Positions 13,777 to 29,050 of a stretch of 64,000 bases of DNA are shown in pieces (position 1 is the first letter of the stretch; the number at the start of each line of letters is the position of its first letter). Source of the stretch: Phoronis australis (lineage: Eukaryota > Animalia > Phoronida); the NCBI GenBank assembly GCA_002633005.1, contig NMRA01000029.1, forward strand, positions 353,707 to 417,706, read 5' to 3'. Under the pieces are notes generated by a model. That model did no database searches and was not told where the DNA came from. It was given only the letters and a program-made list of their open reading frames with translations. The position numbers were made by a program, and so were the translations under genes.

Positions 13777-14102
13777 AGAGTTGAGGAACACGTCGCAAAG
13801 AAAAAGAAAGCGAGTGGAGAAAAGTAACATACCGAGCGGATGTGCTTACATAACACTGTGTGCGCATGTCATATTAAGCCAACTGTCTACAATAAGATAA
13901 AAAGAAACACTATCTTTATTATAAATAAAACGACAAACATATCACCGAGTCATGTTGTTTTTGCCAGTTACCCATGGTCATCATAATCAGTGGCGGATCT
14001 AGGATATCACAAGGGGGGGGGGCCAACATTTTGTCCGGCTGTAAGCATTTGCGCAAACTGAACCACGATTGTAGATGCGCATAGCACCGAGTGGGGGGAG
14101 GT

Positions 14103-14824
14103 NNNNNNNNNNNNNNNNNNNNNNNNNNNNNNNNNNNNNNNNNNNNNNNNNNNNNNNNNNNNNNNNNNNNNNNNNNNNNNNNNNNNNNNNNNNNNNNNNN
14201 NNNNNNNNNNNNNNNNNNNNNNNNNNNNNNNNNNNNNNNNNNNNNNNNNNNNNNNNNNNNNNNNNNNNNNNNNNNNNNNNNNNNNNNNNNNNNNNNNNNN
14301 NNNNNNNNNNNNNNNNNNNNNNNNNNNNNNNNNNNNNNNNNNNNNNNNNNNNNNNNNNNNNNNNNNNNNNNNNNNNNNNNNNNNNNNNNNNNNNNNNNNN
14401 NNNNNNNNNNNNNNNNNNNNNNNNNNNNNNNNNNNNNNNNNNNNNNNNNNNNNNNNNNNNNNNNNNNNNNNNNNNNNNNNNNNNNNNNNNNNNNNNNNNN
14501 NNNNNNNNNNNNNNNNNNNNNNNNNNNNNNNNNNNNNNNNNNNNNNNNNNNNNNNNNNNNNNNNNNNNNNNNNNNNNNNNNNNNNNNNNNNNNNNNNNNN
14601 NNNNNNNNNNNNNNNNNNNNNNNNNNNNNNNNNNNNNNNNNNNNNNNNNNNNNNNNNNNNNNNNNNNNNNNNNNNNNNNNNNNNNNNNNNNNNNNNNNNN
14701 NNNNNNNNNNNNNNNNNNNNNNNNNNNNNNNNNNNNNNNNNNNNNNNNNNNNNNNNNNNNNNNNNNNNNNNNNNNNNNNNNNNNNNNNNNNNNNNNNNNN
14801 NNNNNNNNNNNNNNNNNNNNNNNN
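14103..14824. other. Assembly gap (N run) inside a GC-rich MITE-like element
   Basis: N run; flanks CAGTGGCGGATCTAGG (13988) and CCTAAATCCGCCTATG (~14861) are inverted termini. Confidence 0.95.
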
Positions 14825-17813
14825 CCCGGGCCCCCTGGGCCCCCCCCCTAAATCCGCCTATGATAATAGTCTTTAGAAACGGATACAATATCACGAGTGC
14901 AATTTTTTCTCAGGACTGGAGCATGGGTGACTCCCTACAACTAAAATGTCATCCAAGGAATTGGAATGTCCTTAGTCTTCACATTCGCAGGACCAAATTG
15001 CATTTTAACTATTCAAGAAAGTATGTTATTTCGCCAACAAAGCCATGGTCTTATATGTAGTGCGTCACGATAAATAAAGTAAAAAAGTAAACAAACAAAC
15101 AAGCGACCACCAACATGTTCATTAACCGCCAACGGGAAACTTAACTTTAGAGTCTGAACTCGAAATTTTGCTAAAGTTTGCTGCTAGAATCTAGCGACGA
15201 TCAAGTGCGAACTCATGCAGATTCAGTCTCTCATTTGCGCGGTATATGTAGTATACTCGAACACACACAAATGTACCGGCTTTCTTTGAGTTAGTACTAA
15301 AGAAGAACGATAAACCTCATCAATAATTTGGATTTTGAGTACAAAAACAGGCCTCAGCTCCTGACCAATCTGGAAACAAAGTGCAATTGATAACAAAACT
15401 TTTATTAATGAAAATAATTAAAGGTCCTTCAGTCAAAAAACAAAATTTTGATAGAGGTCACTTACTGTTACTTTTGTTTAGCTTGAGAAGAGCCGAGACT
15501 TCACACGACATGAGACTCGATCGATTGTATATTCATGAGTATTTTAGAATGATGGGAACCGCGCACTGTAAGGCCAAAAAAGCATAATTCATGCAGTCTA
15601 CGGAACATTGATGCGGTATTGAGGTAACTTTTCAAAAAAGAAAATCCACATGAAACTAAAAAAGTGATGCCGGATTTTTTTTCTTCTCATTGCAATTGGC
15701 ACGGCGTATCGAACCTTGCTTTCGTGCAGCTCGTCCACACACACAAAACCTCGGCACAGGCTTATATTTTTTAGTCAGTGAGCGCAGTTCTCAAATAAGT
15801 TGGGGTAAAGACTACAACTAACGTCGCTTTTTGGCCTGATACCAACTTTAGATGGATATGCATTCCCGAGCTTTCACAAATTTCAGCCAAGATCAATGCT
15901 GAGCGAGCTCAAACAACTTTGATGTAATCGTTCCAATGATAGCTTATATATTAAAAATCTCGAAACGCATTTGTATGATTATTGTTGGATGGGACCGATT
16001 TTTTGAGTTTTTAGCTTAGACCAGAGTTACAAAACTACAAAACCCGACGCGTTTTTTGTTATTTTATTACAAATCAGCAATTCTAGCCGTTGCCGGGCTG
16101 CCAATCATTCGCTGAAATCAAGGCTAACAACTCAAGCACTTACCGTAATCCGCTGAAAAATAAGTGTCTTTCCAAACTTCATTTCGCCACAGTTTAGCCG
16201 TTTTAACCTCTTAACCGAAGCGCTTTGGGGTTTGAAAACATCATCCCCTTATTTGATCTTTTATCATCGAATGAGCCGGCAGCTCAAATCACAAGAAATA
16301 CCTACTCGCGCCATTTTCGAATCCTTAAATTTATATTAGCCAACCACAGCGCAGAAGTGTTATCTTGAGTCGCTGATGTTTATGACGTTCTTGCTAGTAA
16401 CAGAAATAGAACTCAAATATGGTAAGGATATTGTGAGGCCGACTTTGTGAAGGCCCAATTCCATTTCCGTTTTTAGACAGTTGGTTGCGAGTTCGACTCC
16501 AGGTGGGACTCAATGATCTCAGAAAATCAAAATACCACCACGGTCTGGAATATTTCTTTTCTCAATACAATTATGAATATAAATCTTCATTTCATGCAAC
16601 AGGCTCACATTACAAATACATACGGTATGTAACACATATACAGTACAGAATATCTTGGCCAAAATTAATCAATTTCAGGGAACTTCCCCCACGTTTCTCA
16701 GCAGCAACAAAATATTTAGCAATTTTTCTGGGATACCTAAACGAGTCTGCAGAACTTTTCTGAATACTATTTCGTTCACCTTATCAAATCTAAAATTTGC
16801 GCAGATTACACTGGAGAAGAAAACCTACTTCTGATTCCAACTTGTCACCATTACTGCACGGTCGTATCATATCCTTTATCAAGACCATTACACCTTCCCT
16901 TAGCTATAAATAAAGAATGCATCGAAGGTTATAGTTTATTATCTTGTTTCAGGGAATTGGATGGAAATGTCGGTTTTAATATCTGACAACAGGACAAAAC
17001 CATGTTGAGTATCCTTTAATTAAAAATAAATAATGCACCCAACATCTAAATCTTGTAGGGGCTACTCTGTGTGAACTTTTTTCTAAACAAGTTATGTATT
17101 TTTCAATAACAAAATCGTTTTGAACAATTTTATAAACAATTAAGAAAATATATGGTTGCTGAAATTCACATAAAAATGCATCGGCATGGCTTCTACCTTG
17201 TGCCAGTACAACTCCAAAACACATATGACAATTGTTTGACCTTTAGAGCCCAACAAATCTTAGTTTTCGTCAGCCATTTCACATCCCACAACTGATTGGT
17301 CTCTTAATGGCGATATCTGCAAAGTTGACAGACGACTAACAGTTGTCTGATGAAAGTCTCCCAGCACAACATTGTGGAAGTAACTTAGCTAAAATCACTT
17401 TAACTGCTAAAGTAATCAATTTCGTATTGAAGAAAATCTGTTGTTGTCTACAACAAAAATGAATTAATAAAAATAAGTTAATTGAACACATAATTGAAAA
17501 AAATAAATAAAACAACCATTTTTCATTATATTAATACTCACAGCGTATGCTTAAATTTGTCTGAAAATATGAACGCATGTAAACACACAAAGGCTAAACG
17601 GTCACTCACATGTCTAAGATATCTGATTGGTTTATGAGTTGGAAGATGACATCATAAACCAATCAAATGCTCAGGGAGTTTGATCAATGGAGTCTATCAA
17701 GTGCAGCCATATATTTAAGGACAGATTTCAAAATGCCACTCTTCAATTATTCACTAGTGAAACATGCAGACAACAATTTCCATAATAATATCAGGAATGA
17801 TAAAATAGTTGCT

Positions 17814-17890
17814 TCACGAACAACAAGAAGTCCAGTCAGATACTTTTGTCCACGAACCTCCGATTGACTTATAGACACCTTCATAACCAT
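17814..17890 (-). CDS. Giant gene exon 26, terminal (YGYEGVYKSIGGSWTKVSDWTSCCS*)
   Basis: Acceptor tttgtttcag, phase 1, ends TGA at 17816-17814. Confidence 0.78.
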
Positions 17891-20800
17891 CTGAAACAAA
17901 GAATGGAATAATGAAATCAGAGGCAAAATAAATATGGAAAAAGAAACACAAAAGTCCTATTGCTGATCAACTTATTAATATGCAATATTTAAAAAGAAGA
18001 TAAGAGCTAGTTCACCGAATTGCTACTGCTACCTGCTGAGAGAGGTCTACTTCATCAGCGCATACTTGGATCAACTTCACAGAGTGGCAGACGACCTGAC
18101 AACTGTAAACCTATCATCCATCACAAATACTAAGTTTTGATTTAAACCACATACCATAATAAAATCTGTCTCAAATTGTTCCTTAATAAAACTGGAGGTG
18201 ATTTCTTTCAGGGTTTTGAAAAAAACTGACAGTTCATTGTTGCTAAAAACTAGACTCTACAAGTTAGCTTGTCATAGTGTGCCATATTATGAGTCGAGCA
18301 TTGTTTCAAGGACTAACGAACTATCAGTTTTTGGTAAACACAGCAATCACTTCTCATCTTAGAATGGAACAGCTTTAGACTCAGCTTCATAGTGGTTAGT
18401 GGTCTTACTGAAAAGTTCACTTCTTGGATGGTATGCGGGTTTATAGACCCCTTATCTAGTCAGATTATTGGAAGCACATGCTGAAAGACTCCATGCACAG
18501 CCAACTTGGAGAATACCCTACTTCAAATTGTCGGTGGTGACTAAAACCAGATTAGTTTCACTTGCCAAACCATTTAATTTAACCTTTGCTCAACTCAGCA
18601 AACTCGATACTATTCACATCACGCAGAAATTGAATGGAATACCCTTAATGTTTTGACTATGGTAATGATCCATGTTTACTTTTTGAGCAAAGGTCAGGAG
18701 GTCAAAATTGACATCACAGGAAGGAATTCTCCATGAATAAGAAAAATGTCAGAGCCTCTCATGTGCCAATTTCACAAAAAATCAAAAATTTGACCGAATT
18801 TTCCATCATTTTATGGAAATAACCTCAGAAATTGAAACACGCATTCAAATATTTGTGATTCTAGTGAATTAAGTAAGCCACATGCCATGTATAGGTGGCT
18901 GGATAATTAAAAGAAATATTATATGAGTACACAAGAATTATTGGTCTTTATTACACACCATATGTTGGTCATATCACGCCACCTATAGTTACGTCTGAAA
19001 AGATCTCTGTCTCGACTAAAAATTTTTACTCGTACCACATCAAAACGCTAGTTTAGAACAGCACAATTATACAAAATAACATATAGAAGACTGAGTACGT
19101 GCATGCAAGGTCAAAATACAAATGGTGTTGGCAGTAACCGACTTGTCATCATAATCCAATGTCTGCAGAGACAAAAAATAAAAAAACTTACATCCATACG
19201 TGTAGGTGGCAGCACTATCTACGGGGACAGCTCCCGGTTTAAACGTCGCACTTGAGGTCCACTCAATGTTCACCGCCACAGTGACGCCAAGCTGACCTTT
19301 TACCTCTGTGAACACTGACGGCGTGATGGAGTACCACTGTTCACTGCCAATGGCTGACATAACATACGTGAGACCGGCCCTGTCCACGCCATAGACATGA
19401 GTAGAGGAGCACAACGCTAACGCTCCGACACGGGCATCTACCTTCTGCCACGTAGTCCCATTCGATGTATATGAGCAGACGCTCTTCAGGCTGCTGAAAG
19501 TAGAGTTATAATTTCTAAGAATCACTGATAAAATCTAGTGAAATAATGAAATGTGCTAACTTTCGAGACTGTTTTCTGAAGTGTCATGAAAGAATTGCGA
19601 GAGGCAGAGTGTTAAATACAAGTGTTTATGCTTGACATCTATCACGGCACCCACGATAATCATGACGACACACAATGATGAGGATGGTGGTGGCCATAAT
19701 GACATGAGAATAAATCAAAGCCTGGGAGATGTGCCTATGATTTAAATATTATCAAAATGATATGGTCAGAACAAAGAATTTCTATCATCATTTTTTGCGT
19801 GAATAAAGGAAAACCTTATTAGCTGTCTCACTGGCAACGCAGTAACCGATAAACCAAAAATTAGACAAAATGGTACTTTTTAGCACTGTCATGTACCGGT
19901 GTTCAACACCGTGTCAACAATGGCAAATACCACTGATATCTTTACATAGGGCTCACCCCACTATTCCACCACTGGGGTCCAGTAGACCCACCCTCCAAAA
20001 TATTTGGGTCCAAATCAATTTCTCCGAGTCCGTGAAAATAGTAAAGAAATCATTATACTATCACAACACAAAATTGAGGAAAACCTGATGGCACATTGAC
20101 AAAAGATATAGCCAAGAAAAAGAACCTGTTGATTTTTATGCCTTACGTCCAATATGTGGGCATATAAACTCAATATGCACGCATATCAACTCAATATGCA
20201 TCTTCTTTAGCTAAATTGTGTCAAAATAACACAAAAATGCTGCTTCGGGTGATAACATAAATCAGTGAGTGCGTATGCAAGAGCATAGAATTCTAGTCCA
20301 AAATTACAAAGTTTTACGCTGACAACTGTCTGCTCAATAAGATGAAGATGATTTAAATTTGTACGTACATATGCAAATGTGGGCACATAAGCATGTGGGC
20401 AAATCAGAAGACTGAAATCAGTAAAAAACTGTAGGTTTCAAAAGTGGACAGTCCTCTTCTTGACGAGACATGTTCAAAGAGCTACAGTGGTGCACACTTT
20501 TGAGGCCACGTGCACTTTAACAATCAAATAAGGTTTTGAAACAGTTGGCCTACCTCGTTATTCTCTGTAGGTCACAGACGTACAGACTTGTACCACAGCG
20601 TAGAAAACTCCTTCGTACATACTCTACAAATGAAGAGACCTGTGCTTATAAGTGTTTAAAACAGACAAAATTCTCAAGACACTAATTAGTATTCTGACAC
20701 CACCTGGAGGTAAACAACAAGACATCAGGTGTCAACATACCAGTGAGGTTACATCCATGAAGTGAAATGAGTGTAGCAACAATGACAGGAAATAGTAAAT

Positions 20801-23800
20801 AGGTCATCACCCTAGGTGAGCATGTTATTCAGAGAACCAGCAGCATGCTGGTCCTGAATGGCCAATAACTATTTTTCATTTGTGCAGTGATTATCCGTTT
20901 TTTGATAGTACTATTCATGCTTGTTTGGCCAGACTATCTATGAATGTGCAATGGCACAGCCAGAATATCATGTAGGGGGCCCCAACAAAAAGAACACGTA
21001 TTCCTCAACAGTCCGTACAATTTTTGGGCATGGTCAGGAAGGGGGATGGCTTCCATGGCCCCCCCTAAATCCACCTGTGGACTAGGTAATGTATTGTTTC
21101 TTGAAAGGCACATAGTTTTATCTCATAATTTCACTAATTACTTCCAGCAGCTGTTCTTGAAATCTGATCATGGCTGATATTAGAATAGAGTCTCACTATA
21201 AGTCTTTGAAAATTTTGCTTTTCGACTAAAATTTAATATCATAAAAACACTTTTACCAGCAACTTGAGTTGGATTGGCTGAGCATGCGAGAGCAAGGGGT
21301 TTCACAAGGCAACCGTAAAGCTCAACCTTTAACCCAGCTGTCTCATGAGCTTCTCCGGTATGGTTGAGCACTGCGAGTCGCACGAGTCGTGCCTCTATTG
21401 GTGAAGTTAAAGTTACGTTGACTTCAGAATAGGAACCATCGAGCAAGATCTACAAAAAAGATATGAAACTAGCACACAGATTGTCTTATTGATTTGAATG
21501 GACAGAAAGTAAAAAAAAACATATTCAGTGAATTGTGTTTCTTATGAAAACAATGCTGCTGTCAGAACAGAATTGAGATGATATTGCCAGAAGGCCTATG
21601 CATACACTATACAACGTTACAGAAAACAGCAAGAGATGCAGGAACATATTTGTTTAGACATCATACTTATGGCAACAGCAAAATCAGAACAAAAACACCA
21701 AAAAAACTCAGAAATTTCGTTAAGCATTCTTAAAGAAACAAAAAATATAGATATACCAAATTTACCCAACACAGTAAAACTAGGGCACCACGTAAATGCA
21801 ATTTATTTGAGATTATCCATAAGTAGACAACATGTAAATGGAACAAATATTCACATTGTCAGCTGTGTTCCAAACGAGGCCATCCATGCTGTGCGTTAGT
21901 TGAAGCGATGTCACGGATTGTAATCCCCCAACACTAGCGACACCTAGCGTGATGACCCGCTTCACATTAAAAAAGTCCACCGTCACGTGATCATGTGAAG
22001 TTAGAGTTCGTGCACTTGTTTGCCAACCTGGTAGAGAAATTTTTAAATTATTGGTACGTCTGTGCAAGACATTATTTTGTCTTGTACGGATATGTGTTTT
22101 ACAAAACAAAAATATTAAACAAATACGCAAAAGTAGGAGACAGTGAGAAGACAAAGTATTTGGAAATGCTGCAAGAACAGAGCAAGGTCTTGCAAAACTC
22201 ATAAACCTTTATAATACAACACAAAGGTGCCCAAGAATGCAAGATATCAAACCAGAGTGCTCTAGTGATGACTACATAAACTAATGTTTGATGGTGCTGC
22301 AGGAAAATTAAATATTATTGTAAAAATACCAGCTTCAGTCATCCTTGGATCTTTGTAGGCGGAGTTTATGGTGATTGACATCTGCAGCTGACACGGATTA
22401 ACTGGTTGGACAAGAGGTTCAGTGACGGAGCAGCCTGTAATACAAAGAATGATCACTTTCTGATTTCTTGTTCGTTACTCAGACAAGAAGTGATTTCTTG
22501 TTCCTTGCTCAGATAAAAAGTAATTTCTAGGCTTGGGGTTAGAAGTTTCAACTGATTATTACTTGAAGAAGTTGACTTGCCCCACCTGGTCATTTTAGAA
22601 CAAACTTTAAAATCATATTTTGGTCATCTAATGAAATGGCTTCAACCAACAACTAACGGTCACTTCTATCCAATCCAAGATATCACCTCTAATCGCAGTT
22701 CCCACAAAACTAATGTTATGCTGGTAAGTGGAAATTTTATATTCCAACAGCTAGGGATAGTGTTCCTGACGTGCCAAGAATTGTACGATGACACTTGGCT
22801 TACATCAAAATCCAACTGCTGCCTGGTGGTTTGATAATTGGCCCAATTATGTTGCACACTCAGCAGAATTATTGAGGAACATATTATTGCAACATTAAAC
22901 AAATGTTTTAGGTAGTAAAAGTCACATTTCTTGTCCAATTTTCAAAATTTAAAAGCCTAATCGCGTGTGCATCTCACGAACTACTCAAATATACTATTTA
23001 CAAACTTTCAAGATGAAAATTTTATAGCCAACCCCAATGTGTTTATGATGGGTCTCATGAGAATGATAACATCAGCAGCCAGACGCAATTTTATTAACCA
23101 CAACAGAATGGTGTCATTGATCTAAAGTGGCAAATTCTGTGGTGTGCAAACCAGCAAAGTTGCTCAATCTCGACTAGTTGGCTGATTAAAAACTAACTGG
23201 TCTAAAAAATTTCCCTTGCCATAAATTGCAAAAATGGAGCAGCTCCAATTTTGTAAGATGACAGCAACTACTGCACAGAATGGCCGTCCACTTCAAACTA
23301 AATGACATAGTGATCAAGTGTTTTTATTGGCTGAATTAATGTTTTTATCTCCCAATGGAAGTGCTGATTGCATGCCCAATCGCAGGTGAGTGTCAGTTTT
23401 GGATAAAATTGCAACAAAACAATGTTCTCTAACCCCTGCCAATTGTCATAAGTAGTTTGGAGCAAATTTTTAAAACTCCTTACAAAGTCTTGTAAATTAG
23501 CAATTAAGACTAATGCCTGAGGTTAGTTACATAACAACTGTGGGAAAGACCACCCACCAAGAACCACAACATCCATTTTATGACACGGTAAGTGATTGTT
23601 TTGAGTTGAATCGCGTTTTCATCACTCAAGTGAGACACCTATGGTACATAAGCATTAGATAAAACGAGGATTTGTTGTAATCACCAAAACAAGGTGCAAT
23701 ATTTCTTTTTAACAGAAACAAATAAGATTGAAAATCAGATCAATTTCAACAGACACTTGTTTTGAGTTTGCACAAAAGTAGAACGAAAACTGCCAAAACT

Positions 23801-26800
23801 ATAATTTGGAGTTAAATTTCGAGTATAAAATTTAGAACCCGGCCACTGGATGAATGTCCCTCATCCTAACGACAACTGACCTTTCGCAAGCTCTACCCCC
23901 TTGGGAAAAGTCAACAAAACAAACAATAAGTTTTACTCGACAACGTGTTGTTTGTCAGGTAAAATGATGGCTTGGAAACCAAGGTATGTCAAGAATGCTG
24001 CGCTCTGATTGGTCAGTTAAGCTGTAAATCAAAATCCTGGTGATAGGTCAATTCAAGACAAGACATCTGAAAACACTTAGTGCCTTAATATCAAAGTAAG
24101 TCAGAACACTTTAACACAGGATCTTGTACCTGCAGCTTGGCTTCTCTCCGAATTTCTATTGAAGTCCAAGGCTTCCATGTCACCGAAGTGAGTGACATTA
24201 GACAGACCACTACGTGGTAATACGCTGTAACTGACGATATAGGGAATCACAATACGACCCTGGGTGTCAGAGGTTACCCTCACTGTCAAGTTGAAGCGTA
24301 CAGCATCCGTAAAATACAGACGACTCAGCTGGAAGTAAGACGTGGTCATAGAGTTAAGTAATCGTTCACAATTATCACCATTTTTGTGAATGTACAAATA
24401 TTAAAAGCTTCATGGAGGTTTAGGCTGCTGCTACCAGCTGCTCTTGATGTCAAAAAATGGTGATGGAAAAATTAAAGGAAATTCAATGATAATGCTTTCT
24501 CACATTATTCCAAATACTTTAAGGTCACGACCCCTAGAGTACGTGTTCACCACAACAGAAAATGACATTACAGAATCCATGCACGTGTTTGAAAGTGTAC
24601 GTCCATACTGTGGGAAGTGCACATCCATACTGTGGGGAGTGCACGTCTATATTGTGGGTATTGCATCTCTATACTGAGGGGAGTGCACGTCCATACTGTG
24701 GGAAGTGCACGTCCATACTGTGCGGAGTTTATGTGTTAAGTCCAAAATGTCCTAATTTTCCTAAGAAATGGCCAATCTCCCAACACTTCAAACTTGAAGC
24801 ATAGATTTTCTAACTCGACGCAAGTAACAAAAAGTTGCCAAAACAGGTTGCTGACAGTCTGGCATTACGGTTAAAATTTCCCAATTTGGGACACTGAAAA
24901 TTTAGTACTTTGCTACAAATCGGAGCTCGCACTAAATTTTAGAAAAAGGCAATATTCTGAGCATCCAAATTTAAGAATTATGATCAATGTCAAACAATCA
25001 TTCACACGCAATGTTACACACTACAGAGATGCATGAAGACATTGCGCAGGCGGCTATCTGCAATTATATGAACTCACAAATCCATTCTGATAGTTGATAC
25101 AATACACAGTGTCTAATATTTGAAAAATATGATTAATGTAAAAGATCATTCCATATCCTAAACTTCGGAATCTAAAAAATTTAATTTTGACTACAGTTTT
25201 GATTCCCAATTAATGTTAAAGACTGTCCTAACATGAAGAATTCTTACCCTAACTCAAATCTGTCAATTGGATACTATCCCCGACTTCTTAACACTTCTTT
25301 TCATAAGCCACACTCAGTTTACAGTAATCACTGACAGTCCTTCGATTTAAAGTGGGGATCACAAAAAACTCTTGATTAGACCACTTAGCATTTTGAAATT
25401 GGTCCCAAATTTTTCCACAGGTGTGCCCACAATTTGGGAACCAAGTTTATCCACTGAATAACAGGCATCAAATTTAAGGTTCTCAAAATCTGTGACCCTT
25501 GCAAGTGACTCATGGTTAAGCTTTCTCCTGAGGCCAAAAGAGTTGCTTTGAACAATTTCTGGGATGTTGTGCCTAATTTAATTACTCAAAGTAAACATTT
25601 GGAGAGTCAAGTTTCTCCAGAAAGCAGTACCAATGATCAAAACACATTGAGCTGGTTCCATGACTTTCACTCTTCAAATTAATATAACTCTTCTCATAGT
25701 TGTATGACTTTTCATAGAAAGGTGCTAGAATGTATTTCTTTTAGACGAAGACAAAAACAAGTTTACTGCGTCTGTGAAAGTGCTTAATTTAAAACTTAAC
25801 AGCAGACTGCCATAACCAAATATGACGATCTGAGACACATATTAACTGTCTCCCACTGAGGGGTCGGGCTCAAAATCCAAAGTGCTGATGCCCGCCAAGT
25901 CTGATCGTACCCGACCGTAGTGAGCAAAACTCGGGTCACTAATCTCAGGACAAAATTTTGCACTGAAAGCTGGCACTTACAGCGCTCAGAAAGAACTGAC
26001 ATTTTGTTATTGGTCGAGACCATGCTCTGCAAGTTGGCCATGTCGTGTTATACTATAGCATAGAGATTTCATGGTGAATTAGAACTTTAAGTGATGAGAT
26101 ATTTCGGTGCACCATGTAAAAATTAAAATTTACAAGTCAGATAAAATAATTCCGACCTTTCAAAACTGTGTTCATTGGCTAAAATAATTACCTAAAGAAA
26201 TGGAATGGGATTGGTTAACTATAAAGTTAACACTGAAGAAATACAATGTGATTGGCTAAAATACTGGCAAGGCAGTAGCGTGTCAAGAAATGTAATGTGA
26301 TTGGTAACTGAGGAAGTTAACACTGTTATGCATGGTATCAAAAAAATGATTTGTCAGTTCTTTGCAATCGCAGAAATCACTTCCCTACTGAGTACGGAAC
26401 AATGGGGCAAGACCCAATTTATATCGGAAAGTGGTGTAAATCAAGTTTGCTTCATGGACAGAATGTCCTTTTATAGCCAATTCTAAATGCACTGGGCATT
26501 AATAAGGATCGATGTATATCAGAAAATGGTTTATACCACTTTGGTCGTTCCTTACCGTCACAGTAACTTCATTACTGCTATTAATGCCCAGTAAAACTAA
26601 CGGATTGTCACTGGTGAGACTCTTCAACACAGCACTAGAGGGCATGTAGAATGTGACGGACACGTTGACCGTCTCGGCAGTTGACGAATCGTTGTGAGAT
26701 AGTTGTCCCATTACGAGAATGTCCTCGCTTGCAAATGGAAGAACGATCACAAGTCAGTAAATACCATCGTCGTCATCATCACGAATCAACAATCATTTGC

Positions 26801-28983
26801 AAATGTTATTGTCATTATTTCACAGTTTTTAACTCACGGGTGCAACCAAGAGAGATAAATCATATACATAACACCTTGAAGATGACCTTAAAATGCAAAT
26901 GAGCCAAAAATACCTTTTGCGTATCTCTTTCAGTAAAGAGCTTGTTTTCCAAGAAAAGCGAGACACATAGTTGTCGGGAGCTGAAATTCTGATGACGGGC
27001 GTTCACAAAGACACACCCATTTTAAAAAAAATCTCAGTCATATAAACTGGAGGTGTGCAGTAAGTCCGCATGGGTGTTTAAAAGTGGAATTTTGAAAATT
27101 TTGAGAGCGGGTGGTAAGCAAAACATGCCATTAACCCGGGCACGCATGATAAGTTTAATGGAAATGTCTGTGAAAATAGTGCTTACAATAAGATTTTTGT
27201 GACTGACCGTGTTTTGGTCCTAAACAGGACACCCAACAAAGAATTCCACTCAAACTGGTACAAGCCTTTGAACAAAAACTTTCCACAGCATTTTTCAAAA
27301 GCATTCACCTGTTTCCCAAACAGTACCCTGCGCATATTTCAGGCATATAACTGGTTTTAATTTTCCAAGATTTCCATATAAATGCCAAGTGCAAAGTTGT
27401 AGAAATTCCCGGTAACTATTCCTCTCGGCATGTTTACCAGTGCACATAATAGTTTGGACCAGCTAGTGCAAACAATACAGAAGGTTTTGCTAGTGACATT
27501 TCATGCTAAAAATGATTTTTCATTATTCTAGGCCCATTCCTCAAGCCACAGAAATTGAGCAAAAAATCCAATTTTTCCATCTCGTTTGAACTGTTTTTAA
27601 AATTTCCAAGAAAGTTTTCACTAAATAATATGCTTACCCAGCAGCATAGATTAGGGAGTTGTCGGCATTGACTTCAAAATGTACCACAGGTGTCTCTGCC
27701 TGTGTCCGCAATACCTCAAAGGACTGGGCACGTGTAAATATATTCCCGCCAACGTTTGCCTTTACTGTGACCGACTGCAGTGACCCATTGTGAGCCATTT
27801 CATTGTCCTGTAGCTCCACTGTGACGTTCAACGTAAAGAGGTCATCAGCGGCAGAATAGCCAGGCTTTCCATAATAGGATCCTAGAAAATGGATGTAGTC
27901 AAGTTTAAGAGTCTTAAGTCTAAAAAATTTATAGAATGCAGTTATATATTTAGGTGCATCCATTTTCGGCACCATTCACGCCTTTTTTATCTACTAAGTC
28001 TGTGTCACAGAACAGGCCAACAGGAAGGGACCAATCATTTCAGCAACTCAGTTGAATTCTGTTTGCACTGATTGCTCATGACAAGAATTACACATGCACT
28101 CACTCGGCATGCTGGGAAACTCGGCCACGTCATTCTGTCCAATTATTTTTGGTTGTACTGCACACAATTTGAGGTTCATTAAAAGTGAATGTAGGAAATT
28201 TTGGTCAACTGCACAGCAAGGAATGTAATGGTTCTAATGAAATATGACTCACTGTCACTCAGCTAAAAACAAAAGCGCCCTCTATCAACATGTTGTCCTC
28301 ACAATTAATCTATTTTGTTTGGTTGAAAAAGTGACGGTCACATCGTCGATAGGGTGTCAGATGTAGGTAAACCATGCTAAATATTAAGATTGTTGAAATT
28401 AGAAACATCTACAGCAATTGAGGAGTCTTGATGAATCCATTGGAGATGTGTTACAGTCAAAATATTTGTTTTGGAAAAATGATGTTATGACCAGGTTACA
28501 GCATAAAAAGTATAAATGAACTCACTGTGAAAATACACAACTATCATCCAATATCAAATGAAACAACAGGTTCTTTTGCGCTCACACAAACACAACCCAC
28601 CACTGTTGGCAACAATGCCCAAGTCTGCAAGTCCAGTGTCCATCTGCGTCGTGTCAGACGATGATGAAAGTGTAACTGTAACTAGTTTGCTAGACAAGCA
28701 CGGTAAGTTCCGTCCTGACGTTTCCAGTGCGATACCTTTCACGATAACAAAAGCCCCGTTGTTGTTCTCTGACTTCACAGTAACGTTGACTGCCGTTAGC
28801 GACATGGGAGGAATGGTGACATTAACCAGCATCCAAGCAGTTTGACGTATTCCTATTGTGGTGGAGGACACTTGGAAGATGTCTAAAGATGGATTGATCT
28901 GAAAACAGAAAGAGCAAGGTAAAATAGACAGACGGATATAGATTGAAACATCGATAGATAGATAGATAGAGATAGAGAGAGAT

Positions 28984-29050
<67 letters not shown>

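Noticed and set aside
14007-14894. Long ORFs in the track
   Set aside because: They consist of X residues from the N gap.
19141-19164. Extra mini-exon after exon 25 (ctgcag acceptor)
   Set aside because: The intron would be only ~27 nt, and exon 25 splices in phase to 17890.
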